64,000 nt of DNA from an uncultured Anaerolineae bacterium (GTDB lineage Bacteria > Chloroflexota > Anaerolineae > Aggregatilineales > Ch27): NCBI GenBank assembly GCA_964529715.1, contig CAZGXI010000022.1, positions 21,794-85,793 of the forward strand, read 5' to 3'. The position numbers were made by a program, and so were the translations under genes. How positions within the stretch are numbered: the stretch's first letter is position 1; the number at the start of each line of letters is the position of its first letter. The notes beneath the pieces are model-generated. The model saw only the letters and a program-made list of their open reading frames with translations. It did not search any database and had not been told where the DNA came from. Positions 26,340 through 34,683 of the stretch are shown one piece after another.

Positions 26340-27629
26340 TCACCGAGCCGCCGCAGCCGGGGCTTCCGAAGTGTGCTCTGCGCCTTCGGCGCGCAGCGTA
26401 TAGTCGGTTTCGTCCACCAGAGCTTCCACCTGCTGCCGCGCCCGCCGCCCGGCCTGCCCTAGCAGCGCCGCCGTGACGCCCACCAACGCAATATTGCCCA
26501 AGAGCAGCAGACCCGTGCGCGGCAATTCCGCGATCTGGTTCGGTCCGAAGAGTCGGTAGATGCCCCCGGCCACGCCCGCGAACTCGTTCGCAGCAATCGC
26601 CTGCGCGCCGGCAAAGTCCGGCGTGGGAATAATCTTGAACAGGAAAGCCATCAGCAGCACATTCGCCAGCGCCAGCGGCACCAGAAACTTCCAATTGAAG
26701 GCCAGCAGTTGGTCGATGCGCACGCGCGGCACGGTCAGCCGCAGCCAGATTTGCACAAAGTACACCAGCATCGACTTGAGCATCAGGTAGACGATGCCCA
26801 GAAACGGAATCTGCTCCGCGCCGGGGCCGCTCCAGCCGCCCAGAAACAGCACGGCGAACAGAATCGAGACGAAAAAGGCGTGCATGAATTCGCCCAGGTA
26901 GAACATCGCCCAGACCATGCCGCTATACTCGATGTTGTAGCCCGCCACCAGTTCGCTTTCGGCTTCTAGCAGGTCAAACGGCGCACGCCCGACTTCCGCC
27001 TGGCTGGAGATGAAGAACAGGAACGCCGTGACGGGAACGGCGAAGATGTACCAGATATGCTGTTCCCGCACTAGGCCCTGCATACTCATCGTCCCGGACA
27101 GCATCACCGGCACCAGCAGCGCCAGCACCATTGGCACTTCGTAGCTGACCAGGTGCGCGACCACGCGGAACGCCCCCAACAGGGCATACTTGTTATTGCT
27201 GCCCCAGCCAGCCATCAGCACGGCAATCACGCCGAACGCGCCGACGGCGATCACATACAAGATGCCGACGCTCAGGTCAGTGCCGATGACCACCGGCGAG
27301 AACGGGATCACCGCCGCGATCAGGATCACGCCCACCACCGCCAGGATCGGCGCGGCAAAATACACCGGGCGGTCGGCGTTGCGCGGGACGATCACCTCTT
27401 TGGTCAGTAGTTTGAGCGCATCGGCGATGTTCTGGATCAACCCCCAGGGACCAACGCGGTTCGGGCCGATGCGATCCTGCACCCGCGCGGCCATCTTGCG
27501 CTCGACCCAGATGCCGAACAGCACCCAGACCATACCAAAACTCGCCGCCACGAGCACGCCGAGGAAGATGTCGATGAAAGCCGCCCAGCCGGGTTGCATC
27601 CCCGCCTGAATTAACGCTTCTTTGAGCAT
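26340..27629 (-). CDS. nuoH: NADH-quinone oxidoreductase subunit H with a 94-aa C-terminal extension
   Basis: WVERKMAARVQDRIGPNRVGPWGLIQNIADALKLLTKE and QAEVGRAPFDLLEAESELVAGYNIEYSG are the canonical NuoH signatures. Residues 336-429 are extra. Confidence 0.9.
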   Translation of the reverse strand: MLKEALIQAGMQPGWAAFIDIFLGVLVAASFGMVWVLFGIWVERKMAARVQDRIGPNRVGPWGLIQNIADALKLLTKEVIVPRNADRPVYFAAPILAVVGVILIAAVIPFSPVVIGTDLSVGILYVIAVGAFGVIAVLMAGWGSNNKYALLGAFRVVAHLVSYEVPMVLALLVPVMLSGTMSMQGLVREQHIWYIFAVPVTAFLFFISSQAEVGRAPFDLLEAESELVAGYNIEYSGMVWAMFYLGEFMHAFFVSILFAVLFLGGWSGPGAEQIPFLGIVYLMLKSMLVYFVQIWLRLTVPRVRIDQLLAFNWKFLVPLALANVLLMAFLFKIIPTPDFAGAQAIAANEFAGVAGGIYRLFGPNQIAELPRTGLLLLGNIALVGVTAALLGQAGRRARQQVEALVDETDYTLRAEGAEHTSEAPAAAAR

Positions 27630-27694
27630 AGGCCGCCTTTCAATAGACCAAGACCAGCAAAAAGGCCGATAGGTCTCTACCGGCCATCACCGCC

Positions 27695-28054
27695 TTACAT
27701 CCACTCCAGCGCGCCTTTACGCCAGATGTAGACGAGTTCTACTGCCAGCAGCAAGATAAATATCGCCGCCGCCACAAACGCGAACAGCCCCATGTTGCCA
27801 AAGGCCACCGCCCAGGGAAACAGCAGGGCGACCTCGACATCGAAGACCACGAATACCAGGGCGAAGACATAGTACTGCACCCGGAACTGCACCCAGGCAT
27901 CCCCAACGGTTTCGATGCCGCATTCGTAGGTGTCGCTCTTGAGCGGATTGGGTTTGCGCGGGCCAAGCAGCCAGCCGAGCACCATCGGCACGACGGGCAA
28001 GATGGCAGAAATTGCCAGCAGCACGCCGACAAAGGCCCATTCGTTCAGATGCAT
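27695..28054 (-). CDS. nuoA: NADH-quinone oxidoreductase subunit A
   Basis: KSDTYECGIETVGDAWVQFRVQYYVFALVFVVFDVEVALLFPWA is canonical NuoA. Start moved to ATG 28054 (SD AAGGAG). Confidence 0.85.
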   Translation of the reverse strand: MHLNEWAFVGVLLAISAILPVVPMVLGWLLGPRKPNPLKSDTYECGIETVGDAWVQFRVQYYVFALVFVVFDVEVALLFPWAVAFGNMGLFAFVAAAIFILLLAVELVYIWRKGALEWM

Positions 28055-28141
28055 GGAGGACTCCTTGGGCAGAGGTAATCGGGAAATATTCCGGTTTGTC
28101 TGGCGCAGGTATATTTTGCACAAAAAAGAACAAGTATGGTC

Positions 28142-28170
28142 AGTATAACATCCTGACCGAATCTTGACAA
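28142..28170 (-). promoter_or_regulatory. Candidate sigma70-type promoter of the nuo membrane-arm operon
   Basis: Minus strand TTGTCA (28170-28165), a 17-nt spacer, then TATACT (28147-28142), about 90 nt upstream of the nuoA start. Confidence 0.45.
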
Positions 28171-28393
28171 CGCCGCTGTAGAATTTTTCACCTGCGCGTC
28201 TTGTTTTTGCCCAAAGATGAAGCTGGGCGGGTTGGTAAAAATTATAACTTACCCCTGATGAATGACAAACACCCCGCCACAGCTTTTTATCCGGTCGCGT
28301 AAGTTCCGTCAGGCAAACATGAGCAGGTCGGCAGGAAAACGGTGCATAGCCCGCCCACCCTTTCGGGTATACTCACTTTAAAAAGCATATCTT

Positions 28394-29476
28394 TTGGAGT
28401 CACGCTTGATCCAATTACATGCCTTCAAACCTGCGCCGGAGCGATGGGACGCCTTCGTCGCCGCACACTCGCAGGCGCACATCCTGCAAACACCCGCCTG
28501 GGGCCGCCTGAAAGCCGCCTTTGGCTGGCGCGCCGACCGGATCGCCCTGGCGGACGAAAGCGGCGCCATCTGCGCCGGGACGCAGATTCTCTACCGCCGC
28601 CTGCCCTTCCGCCTGGGGACGCTGGCCTACCTCCCCAAAGGGCCGCTCACGCCGCCGAACTGGTGGGACGGTGAGTCCACGTTGATGGCCGGGCTGTGGC
28701 AGATCATTCACCGGGATGCGCGGCAACACGGCGCCCGCTGGCTCAAGGTGGAAGCGCCGTTCGAGGAATCGGAGGCCATCGGCGCGGCGCTGCGGGCGGC
28801 AGGATTTCGCCCCTCGGTGCAGAACGTCCAGCCGCCGCGCACGGTGCTGCTTGATATTTCCAGCGACGAGGAGTCGATCCTGGCAGCCATGAAGCAGAAG
28901 ACGCGCTACAACATCCGCCTGAGCGCCAAAAAAGAGGTCACAGTCCGCGAGGGCACACGGGCCGACCTTGCCAGCTTCAACACGATGATGGCGATCACGG
29001 GCGGGCGGGACGGCTTCGGCGTCCACGCGCCGGACTACTACATGCGCGCCTACGACCTGTTTGCGCCGTCGGGCCGCGCCGCGCTGTTGATCGCCTCTTA
29101 CGCAGGGCATGACCTGGCCGGTGTGATGGTCTTCGCGCTGGGGAAAACCGCCTGGTACTTCTATGGCGCATCGACCGACGAGGAACGCCAGCGGATGCCC
29201 GCCTATGCGGTTCAGTGGGAAGCCATCCGGTGGGCCAAAGCGCATGGCTGTACGGTGTACGACTTGTGGGGCATCCCCGACGTGGACGAGGCAACGCTCG
29301 AAGCGGAGTTCGAGACGCGGCAGGGCGACCTGTGGGGCGTATACCGCTTCAAACGCGGCTTCGGCGGGCGCGTGACCCGGCAGATGCCTGCCTGGGATTG
29401 CGTCTACAACCCACCTGTCTACGCACTTTACCGTTTATTCCTCAGACTGACCCGGAGAGATGATCATGCCGGTTGA
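28394..29476 (+). CDS. FemAB-family peptidoglycan interpeptide-bridge aminoacyltransferase, paralog 1
   Basis: HILQTPAWGRLKAAFGW, YLPKGP, KTRYNIRLSAKK and AWYFYGASTDEERQRMPAYAVQWEAIRWAKAHGCTVYDLWG follow the FemX/FemAB pattern. TTG start in the track. Confidence 0.75.
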   Translation: MESRLIQLHAFKPAPERWDAFVAAHSQAHILQTPAWGRLKAAFGWRADRIALADESGAICAGTQILYRRLPFRLGTLAYLPKGPLTPPNWWDGESTLMAGLWQIIHRDARQHGARWLKVEAPFEESEAIGAALRAAGFRPSVQNVQPPRTVLLDISSDEESILAAMKQKTRYNIRLSAKKEVTVREGTRADLASFNTMMAITGGRDGFGVHAPDYYMRAYDLFAPSGRAALLIASYAGHDLAGVMVFALGKTAWYFYGASTDEERQRMPAYAVQWEAIRWAKAHGCTVYDLWGIPDVDEATLEAEFETRQGDLWGVYRFKRGFGGRVTRQMPAWDCVYNPPVYALYRLFLRLTRRDDHAG

Positions 29477-29972
29477 ATCGTTCACCCTGGAACACCGCCT
29501 GTGGCCTGCCTGTGTCGAACACCTGGAACGAGTCGGCATGGCTCATTGGGTGCTGGACGACAACCGTCAGCCGAAGCCGGGCATTTACTTCCTCGGCGTG
29601 GTCGAAGGCGATGCCGTCGTCGGGCACATCACGCTCCTGCTACAAGACATCGTCTGCCCGGAGACGGAATGGAGCAGCGAGATGGATCGGACCGTCCGCC
29701 TGCCAGACGGCGAACCGCTGCGGGAGACGTTCGTGCAGACCTTCGCCGTTGATCAAGAGCACCGCCGCCGGGGGTACGGCCTGGCACTGCAAAAAGCGGC
29801 TCTGGCCCTCACCCGCGAACTCGGCTGCTACCAGATGCGCTCGTGGTCCTCGCTAGATAAGCCTGCCAACTACGCCCTCAAGCTCAGTCTGGGCTTTGCC
29901 GTGCACCCGGCCACTTACGAGGCCCCAGGCGGGCAGCAGATCAGTGGTGTATACTTCGTCAAAACCGTGTAG
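29460..29972 (+). CDS. GNAT-family acetyltransferase
   Basis: QTFAVDQEHRRRGYGLALQKAALALTRELGCYQM is the acetyl-CoA binding motif A. It overlaps the preceding femAB stop by 17 nt. Confidence 0.65.
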   Translation: MIMPVESFTLEHRLWPACVEHLERVGMAHWVLDDNRQPKPGIYFLGVVEGDAVVGHITLLLQDIVCPETEWSSEMDRTVRLPDGEPLRETFVQTFAVDQEHRRRGYGLALQKAALALTRELGCYQMRSWSSLDKPANYALKLSLGFAVHPATYEAPGGQQISGVYFVKTV

Positions 29973-29983
29973 GTACAGCAGTG

Positions 29984-30098
29984 TTGAGTTCAAAGTTCAG
30001 AGTTTTGAGTTCTGAATCTACCGGGAGCTATCTTCAGGTCGTTTCTGGAGCGCCTGCTTTCCTAACTCAAAACTTAGAACTCAAAACTTAGAACTCCC
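29984..30098. repeat. Inverted heptanucleotide tandem-repeat element, copy C (best preserved)
   Basis: Left arm has 5 units: TTGAGTT CAAAGTT CAGAGTT TTGAGTT CTGAATC (29984-30018). The spacer is 45 nt. Right arm has 5 units: AACTCAA AACTTAG AACTCAA AACTTAG AACTCCC (30064-30098). AACTCAA is the exact complement of TTGAGTT. Confidence 0.8.
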
Positions 30099-30114
30099 TG
30101 GAGTTCGGGCTGCC

Positions 30115-31152
30115 GTGCATCGCAAACTCATCGTCATACTCGCCATTGTGTTGGCTGCCGGGATCGTTGAAATGATTCTCCTGCTGGCCCAGGCCCGGCG
30201 CTTCCTACCTGTTGAATTGATCGAGACGCCCATCCCGCTCGCTGCGGCTGACACACCGACGCTCTCACCGCCGCCCACATCCACGCCCAAGCGAATCGCC
30301 TCATCGACGGCGACCTTCACGCCTGCCCCAACCATGACCGCAGCCGCCTCAAACACAGGGACGCCGACGCACCTTCCGCCGCTGCCCACGCCCGCCGAAC
30401 TCAACGGCGTGCCGTTGGACTCGGTCATCGTGCTCCCGCCAGAGGTTCAAGAACACATCCGGCAGATTTTCGCCGCCGGGCAGGCACGGGGGCGCAACGC
30501 ACGTGCTTTCTCCAAGCTAGGAGACAGCACCATCGAGGACCCGTACTTCATGGGCCGTTTCGACGGTGGACCGTACAACCTCGGACCCTACGGCTACCTT
30601 CAACCGACCATCGACTACTACGCCGGGTCGTTCGGGCGGGACAGCATCGCGGTGCAGATCGGGCTACACACCTGGTCGGTGTTCGACCCGATGTTTGCTG
30701 ACCCGGACCTGTGCCGGGCCAACGAGCATATGCTGGCCTGCGAGTTCCGGCTGCATAATCCGAGCGTGCTGTTCATCCGTCTGGGATCAAACGACGTGGG
30801 CCTCCCGGACCTGACGGAAACCAGTCTGCGCCGTATCATCGACTACTGCCTTGAGCAGGGTGTGATCCCGATCTTAGGCACAAAGGCAGATCGCTTCGAG
30901 GGGCGCGATAACTTCAACAACAACCTGCTCCGGCAGCTTGCGGCAGAATACCGCGTGCCGCTGTGGGACTTCGACCTGATCGCGCAGACGTTGCCGGGGC
31001 GTGGGCTAGCCGGGGACGGCGTGCACCTGACTGGCCTTTCTACTACCGATTACACGCAGCCCCAGGCGCTCCAGCGCGGCTACGGCGTGCACAACCTGAC
31101 CGCGCTGATGATGCTGGACCGCGTGTGGCGGGCGGTCGTCGTCGCGCCGTAG
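30115..31152 (+). CDS. Membrane-anchored SGNH/GDSL-type hydrolase (esterase or acyltransferase fold)
   Basis: N-terminal TM helix, a PT-rich linker, then block I KLGDSTIE, block III LGSNDV and block V GDGVHLT (DxxH). GTG start. Confidence 0.6.
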   Translation: MHRKLIVILAIVLAAGIVEMILLLAQARRFLPVELIETPIPLAAADTPTLSPPPTSTPKRIASSTATFTPAPTMTAAASNTGTPTHLPPLPTPAELNGVPLDSVIVLPPEVQEHIRQIFAAGQARGRNARAFSKLGDSTIEDPYFMGRFDGGPYNLGPYGYLQPTIDYYAGSFGRDSIAVQIGLHTWSVFDPMFADPDLCRANEHMLACEFRLHNPSVLFIRLGSNDVGLPDLTETSLRRIIDYCLEQGVIPILGTKADRFEGRDNFNNNLLRQLAAEYRVPLWDFDLIAQTLPGRGLAGDGVHLTGLSTTDYTQPQALQRGYGVHNLTALMMLDRVWRAVVVAP

Positions 31153-31190
31153 CATCGCCTCGAAATTGCCACTACAACACTGAAAGCTGA

Positions 31191-32306
31191 ATGCCGATGG
31201 CTGAATGCTTCTTCATCTCCGATCCCGCTGTGTGGAACGCTCTCCTACGCCCCCTGCCCTGCGCACACATCCTTCAGACCTGGGAATGGGGTGAATTCAA
31301 GCGGCGCACCACCGGCTGGACTCCCGAACGACTGGTCTTCCGGCAAGGCGATCAGGTCGTCGCCGCCGCGCAGATTCTCACCCGGCGCGTTGGGCCGCTG
31401 CGCGTGATGTACGTCCCCAAAGGCCCGGCGCTCGACTACGCCGACTCTGGTCTGCTGGCCACCGTGCTGGATCGCCTGCAAACGCTCGCCCGGCAGCGCG
31501 GCGCGATCTGGCTCAAGATCGATCCCGACGTGGTTGCCGGGACGGGAATCCCGAACAGTTCCCCTCTCCCTGAGGGAGAGGGGGAAGGGGGTGAGGGCCA
31601 GGACCGGGACGATCCCACCGGCCAGGCCGTGCTTCGGACACTCCGGGCGCGCGGCTGGCGCTTTTCCGCCGACCAGGTACAGTTCCGCAACACAATCACG
31701 GTCGATCTGACCCGTTCTGCTGACGACCTGCTGCTGGCGATGAGCCAGAGCACCCGACGCAAGGTCCGCACCGCCGAAAAGAAGGGCGTCACCGTTCGCC
31801 CGGCAGGCATGGACGACATCCCGACTCTCTACGAGCTGTACCGCGTCACCGGCGAACGCGATGGCTTTCTGATCCGCCCGCTGGAATACTACCGCGACGC
31901 CTGGGGAACCTTTATGCAAGCCGGGCTGGCCCAGGCGTTCCTGGCAGAAGCGGAAGGCAGGCCCATCGCCCACGTGATTTTGCTGCACTTCGGGCGCAAG
32001 TGCTGGTATTTCTACGGCGCATCGAGCAACGAGGCGCGTGAGCGGATGCCTAACTACGCGCTGCAATGGGCAGCCATGCAGTGGGCGCAGGCGCAGGGCT
32101 ATCCCGTGTACGATTTTTGGGGCGCGCCGGACGTGTTCGAGGAGTCGGATCGGCTGTGGGGCGTCTACCAGTTCAAGCGCGGCTTCGGCGGCGTGATCAC
32201 ACGGCACATCGGCGCGTGGGACTACGCCCCTTACCCAGCTCTCTACCGGGCTTACACCATCCTCATGCCGCGCGTCTTGGGGTTGATGCGAAGACGGACA
32301 GATTAA
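31191..32306 (+). CDS. FemAB-family peptidoglycan interpeptide-bridge aminoacyltransferase, paralog 2
   Basis: HILQTWEWGEFKRRTTGW, YVPKGP, STRRKVRTAEKK and CWYFYGASSNEARERMPNYALQWAAMQWAQAQGYPVYDFWG. It is colinear with paralog 1 except for an insert of about 27 aa. Confidence 0.75.
   Translation: MPMAECFFISDPAVWNALLRPLPCAHILQTWEWGEFKRRTTGWTPERLVFRQGDQVVAAAQILTRRVGPLRVMYVPKGPALDYADSGLLATVLDRLQTLARQRGAIWLKIDPDVVAGTGIPNSSPLPEGEGEGGEGQDRDDPTGQAVLRTLRARGWRFSADQVQFRNTITVDLTRSADDLLLAMSQSTRRKVRTAEKKGVTVRPAGMDDIPTLYELYRVTGERDGFLIRPLEYYRDAWGTFMQAGLAQAFLAEAEGRPIAHVILLHFGRKCWYFYGASSNEARERMPNYALQWAAMQWAQAQGYPVYDFWGAPDVFEESDRLWGVYQFKRGFGGVITRHIGAWDYAPYPALYRAYTILMPRVLGLMRRRTD
31561..31583. repeat. Perfect 10-3-10 palindrome inside the femAB paralog 2 coding sequence
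   Basis: CCCCTCTCCC-TGA-GGGAGAGGGG, followed by GAAGGGGGTGAGGGCC. It is translated in-frame as SPLPEGEGEGGEG. Confidence 0.8.
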
Positions 32307-32326
32307 CTGCCCGTTCACCAGAGTTG

Positions 32327-33835
32327 TTAACCTTTGGGCTTCCGTGCGCGCGCCAGCAACGCCGTCGTTGCGGCGAGCAATCCGGCGGCCAGGGCGATGA
32401 TTCCCCGGCCAGCGGTTACGGGCATATCCGGCGGGTAGCCGGTCGCAGGCAGCGCACGCGGCTGCGTGCTTACAAAGGATACATCTGTTGTGACGGCCAA
32501 CAGAGACGATGTGGATGTTGCCGTTGGTGCTGAACCGACCGTCGAGGATGACACAGGTGTGGGCAGAGGCATGTTCGTGGGCGGTGAATTGACAGGCGGT
32601 GAACCGCCCGGATTGACCAGCGGTGGTGGAGCGCCCGGCAAAACCCGCAGATAAGCGATCCGGCCATAGGTGCCAGTATTCGATGCCCAGGGATTGCCAC
32701 GCTCGTAAGTGCCCAGACCTGCCACGCTCGCCAGCCGCAAATCGGGATCAGGATCAAAGAAGTAGCCGGGCTGACCAAGCTGGGCAACCTCGGCGGCCAG
32801 GATGTCCGTCATCACACATTCAATCGCCAGCGGATCGGTGGCGAAGAACAGGCTGTTGGGCGCAGCGTTGCCGAACGAACTCCACCGCGTCGGCGGGCCG
32901 ATGGGTTCGATGTTTGCGCCGAACAGCCCGTCGCCCACCACCAGGATTGTCTTATCCCGAATCTGCGGGTGATTGTTGATGTCGATCAGCGGGCTGTACG
33001 CTGGGGTGTAATTCGGTCCTGCACGTGGATAGTCGCCCAGCGGCAGGTAGGGATGTGTGGCGTCGCACTGCTCGAACGAGCCGTAGTGGTTTTTGAAGCC
33101 GAGCGTCACCCCTGTAAACGGGTGTACCTTGAGGATCGGCATGTTGATCAGGTAGGTGGCGTCGGTGAGCACGGTCGCCAATGGACGCGGATTGCCCTGC
33201 AATGGGCCATTGGCGACATTGAACGTAATGCGCTCGGCAGGATCAAACGAGGTCGCATCGTTCACGTAGCCGACGAACTGCACGCCCGGATACAGGCAGC
33301 GACTGGCAAAACTGCTGGTGGGAATGCCCCCCTGGTGCCAACCGTCCGTCACGTCGTAGACGAAAATGTCCGAGGCGGCGAAGCCACGCTCCAGCAGGCC
33401 TGCGATCAGGGCGTTGACCGGCTCGATCAGCGCGCCGATGCTCTGCTGGCCCGCACCGTTGATATAGTTGTTGAAGTTAACTTTGATGGCAACCGTCTGG
33501 CCTGCCACGAAGTTTGGAATAAGGGCGTTCCAGGCGTCCCGGCGGCTGACCGTGTCGGTCAGGAGCATGAGGCCCTGATCTACCATCCGGCTGACCACAG
33601 CCTGATCGACATACTGGTAAAACGCGCCCGTGCCGAAGTCCCAACTGGTCGCCGCCGGATCATACATATGGATCACGCGCGACCCGCCCGCCTGAAGGGC
33701 AAAAGCATTCGCTGGCAGAGCCGCCGGCTGCGATCCGATACCCCTGACAATAAACCGTTCCAGAACGCCCAGCCATCCTCCCACCCCGATCAGGCCGAGC
33801 AGTTTGAGCATTTCGCGCCGCGTCATCCAATACAT
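32327..33835 (-). CDS. DUF362-domain protein with a Tat-type signal peptide and a C-terminal LPXTG sorting signal
   Basis: N-terminus MTRREMLKLLGLIGVGG (twin-Arg motif TRRxMLK). Core VAIKVNFN...LINMPILKVHPFTGVTLGFKNHYG is DUF362-like. C-terminus is a PST-rich linker, LPATG (32438-32452), a hydrophobic stretch IIALAAGLLAATTALLA and a basic tail RARKPKG. Confidence 0.7.
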   Translation of the reverse strand: MYWMTRREMLKLLGLIGVGGWLGVLERFIVRGIGSQPAALPANAFALQAGGSRVIHMYDPAATSWDFGTGAFYQYVDQAVVSRMVDQGLMLLTDTVSRRDAWNALIPNFVAGQTVAIKVNFNNYINGAGQQSIGALIEPVNALIAGLLERGFAASDIFVYDVTDGWHQGGIPTSSFASRCLYPGVQFVGYVNDATSFDPAERITFNVANGPLQGNPRPLATVLTDATYLINMPILKVHPFTGVTLGFKNHYGSFEQCDATHPYLPLGDYPRAGPNYTPAYSPLIDINNHPQIRDKTILVVGDGLFGANIEPIGPPTRWSSFGNAAPNSLFFATDPLAIECVMTDILAAEVAQLGQPGYFFDPDPDLRLASVAGLGTYERGNPWASNTGTYGRIAYLRVLPGAPPPLVNPGGSPPVNSPPTNMPLPTPVSSSTVGSAPTATSTSSLLAVTTDVSFVSTQPRALPATGYPPDMPVTAGRGIIALAAGLLAATTALLARARKPKG

Positions 33836-33989
33836 TACAATTCCCTAAAAATCTCTTTTGCCAGAATATCATATTCCAACAACCGCCCTCAGCAGTCTAG
33901 CACAGAACATACCGCTGCGATTGTTTGGCTACCGTCAGGATTTGTACATTGACTGGTGACTTTATCTGAATCCTGGATTTGTCTTGTCT

Positions 33990-34646
33990 TCAGCCTTCCA
34001 CCTCGGCAAAGGCCCGCACCGGGAACGACGCCCCCTTCACGATGCGCAGCGGCACGGCGTAAAAGCGAAAGCCCGTCTGGGGTAGCGCCGACAGGTTACA
34101 CAGATGCTCCACCACCAGAATTCCGGCATCCAGCAGGCGCGTGTGCGCCGGACGCGCCGGGTCGGTCGTGTCGTCCACGTTCCAAAAGTCCACCCCCACC
34201 AGTGCCGCCCTCGCCTGGATCAGCAGGTCCAGCGAGGCCGCCGAAAGGTAGGGGCCGAGTTCCCAATAGGCGTCCGTCCCCCAGCGCGCGTCCCAACCGG
34301 TCCGCACCAACACTGCCCGCCCGCGCAGGTCCGCCTCAGCGCAGTCCAGCGTGATCGCGCGGTCGGCAGCGGGAACACCATCCAGCACAATGCCCGGCAA
34401 CCCGGCCACCTTTTCCAGCGGAAGCTGGCTGAGGTCTTCGCGGTCGGCGAAGCGATGGAACGGGCTGTCGATATACGTCCCGACGTTGCCGACCATCTCC
34501 ACCTGGCCGAGATAAAACTCCGCCTTATAGTCGTAGCGCGGGCGCGTGGCCGCGTGATCCATCCACGCGCCGATCTTCGGGTTCGGCATTCCGGGATAAG
34601 CCCTCATGCCGTCTTCGAGCACATGATTGAGTTCGACGAATTTCAC
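33990..34646 (-). CDS. Putative cyclase / arylformamidase-family protein
   Basis: Start set to GTG 34646 (SD AAGGAA 7 nt upstream). ELNHVLEDGMRAYPGMP...GTYIDSPFHRF...VRTGWD...VGVDFWNVDD matches the cyclase (kynurenine formamidase-like) family, with Tyr in place of the usual His in GTHxD. The upstream part of the track ORF overlaps the A2M gene and looks like junk. Confidence 0.6.
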   Translation of the reverse strand: MKFVELNHVLEDGMRAYPGMPNPKIGAWMDHAATRPRYDYKAEFYLGQVEMVGNVGTYIDSPFHRFADREDLSQLPLEKVAGLPGIVLDGVPAADRAITLDCAEADLRGRAVLVRTGWDARWGTDAYWELGPYLSAASLDLLIQARAALVGVDFWNVDDTTDPARPAHTRLLDAGILVVEHLCNLSALPQTGFRFYAVPLRIVKGASFPVRAFAEVEG

Positions 34647-34683
34647 GGTTTCGTTCCTTAAGACCCAATGGTCGAATACACTT

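Noticed and set aside
29984-30098. Possibility that the tandem repeats are a CRISPR array or a VNTR inside a gene
   Set aside because: The units are 7 nt with no spacers and form two complementary arms. The element is intergenic. No cas genes are nearby.
30081-30428. 115-aa minus-strand ORF overlapping the start of the SGNH gene
   Set aside because: It mirrors the PT-rich linker of the plus-strand gene, giving Gly/Val/Ala/Ser runs. It would begin inside the heptamer repeat and has no SD.
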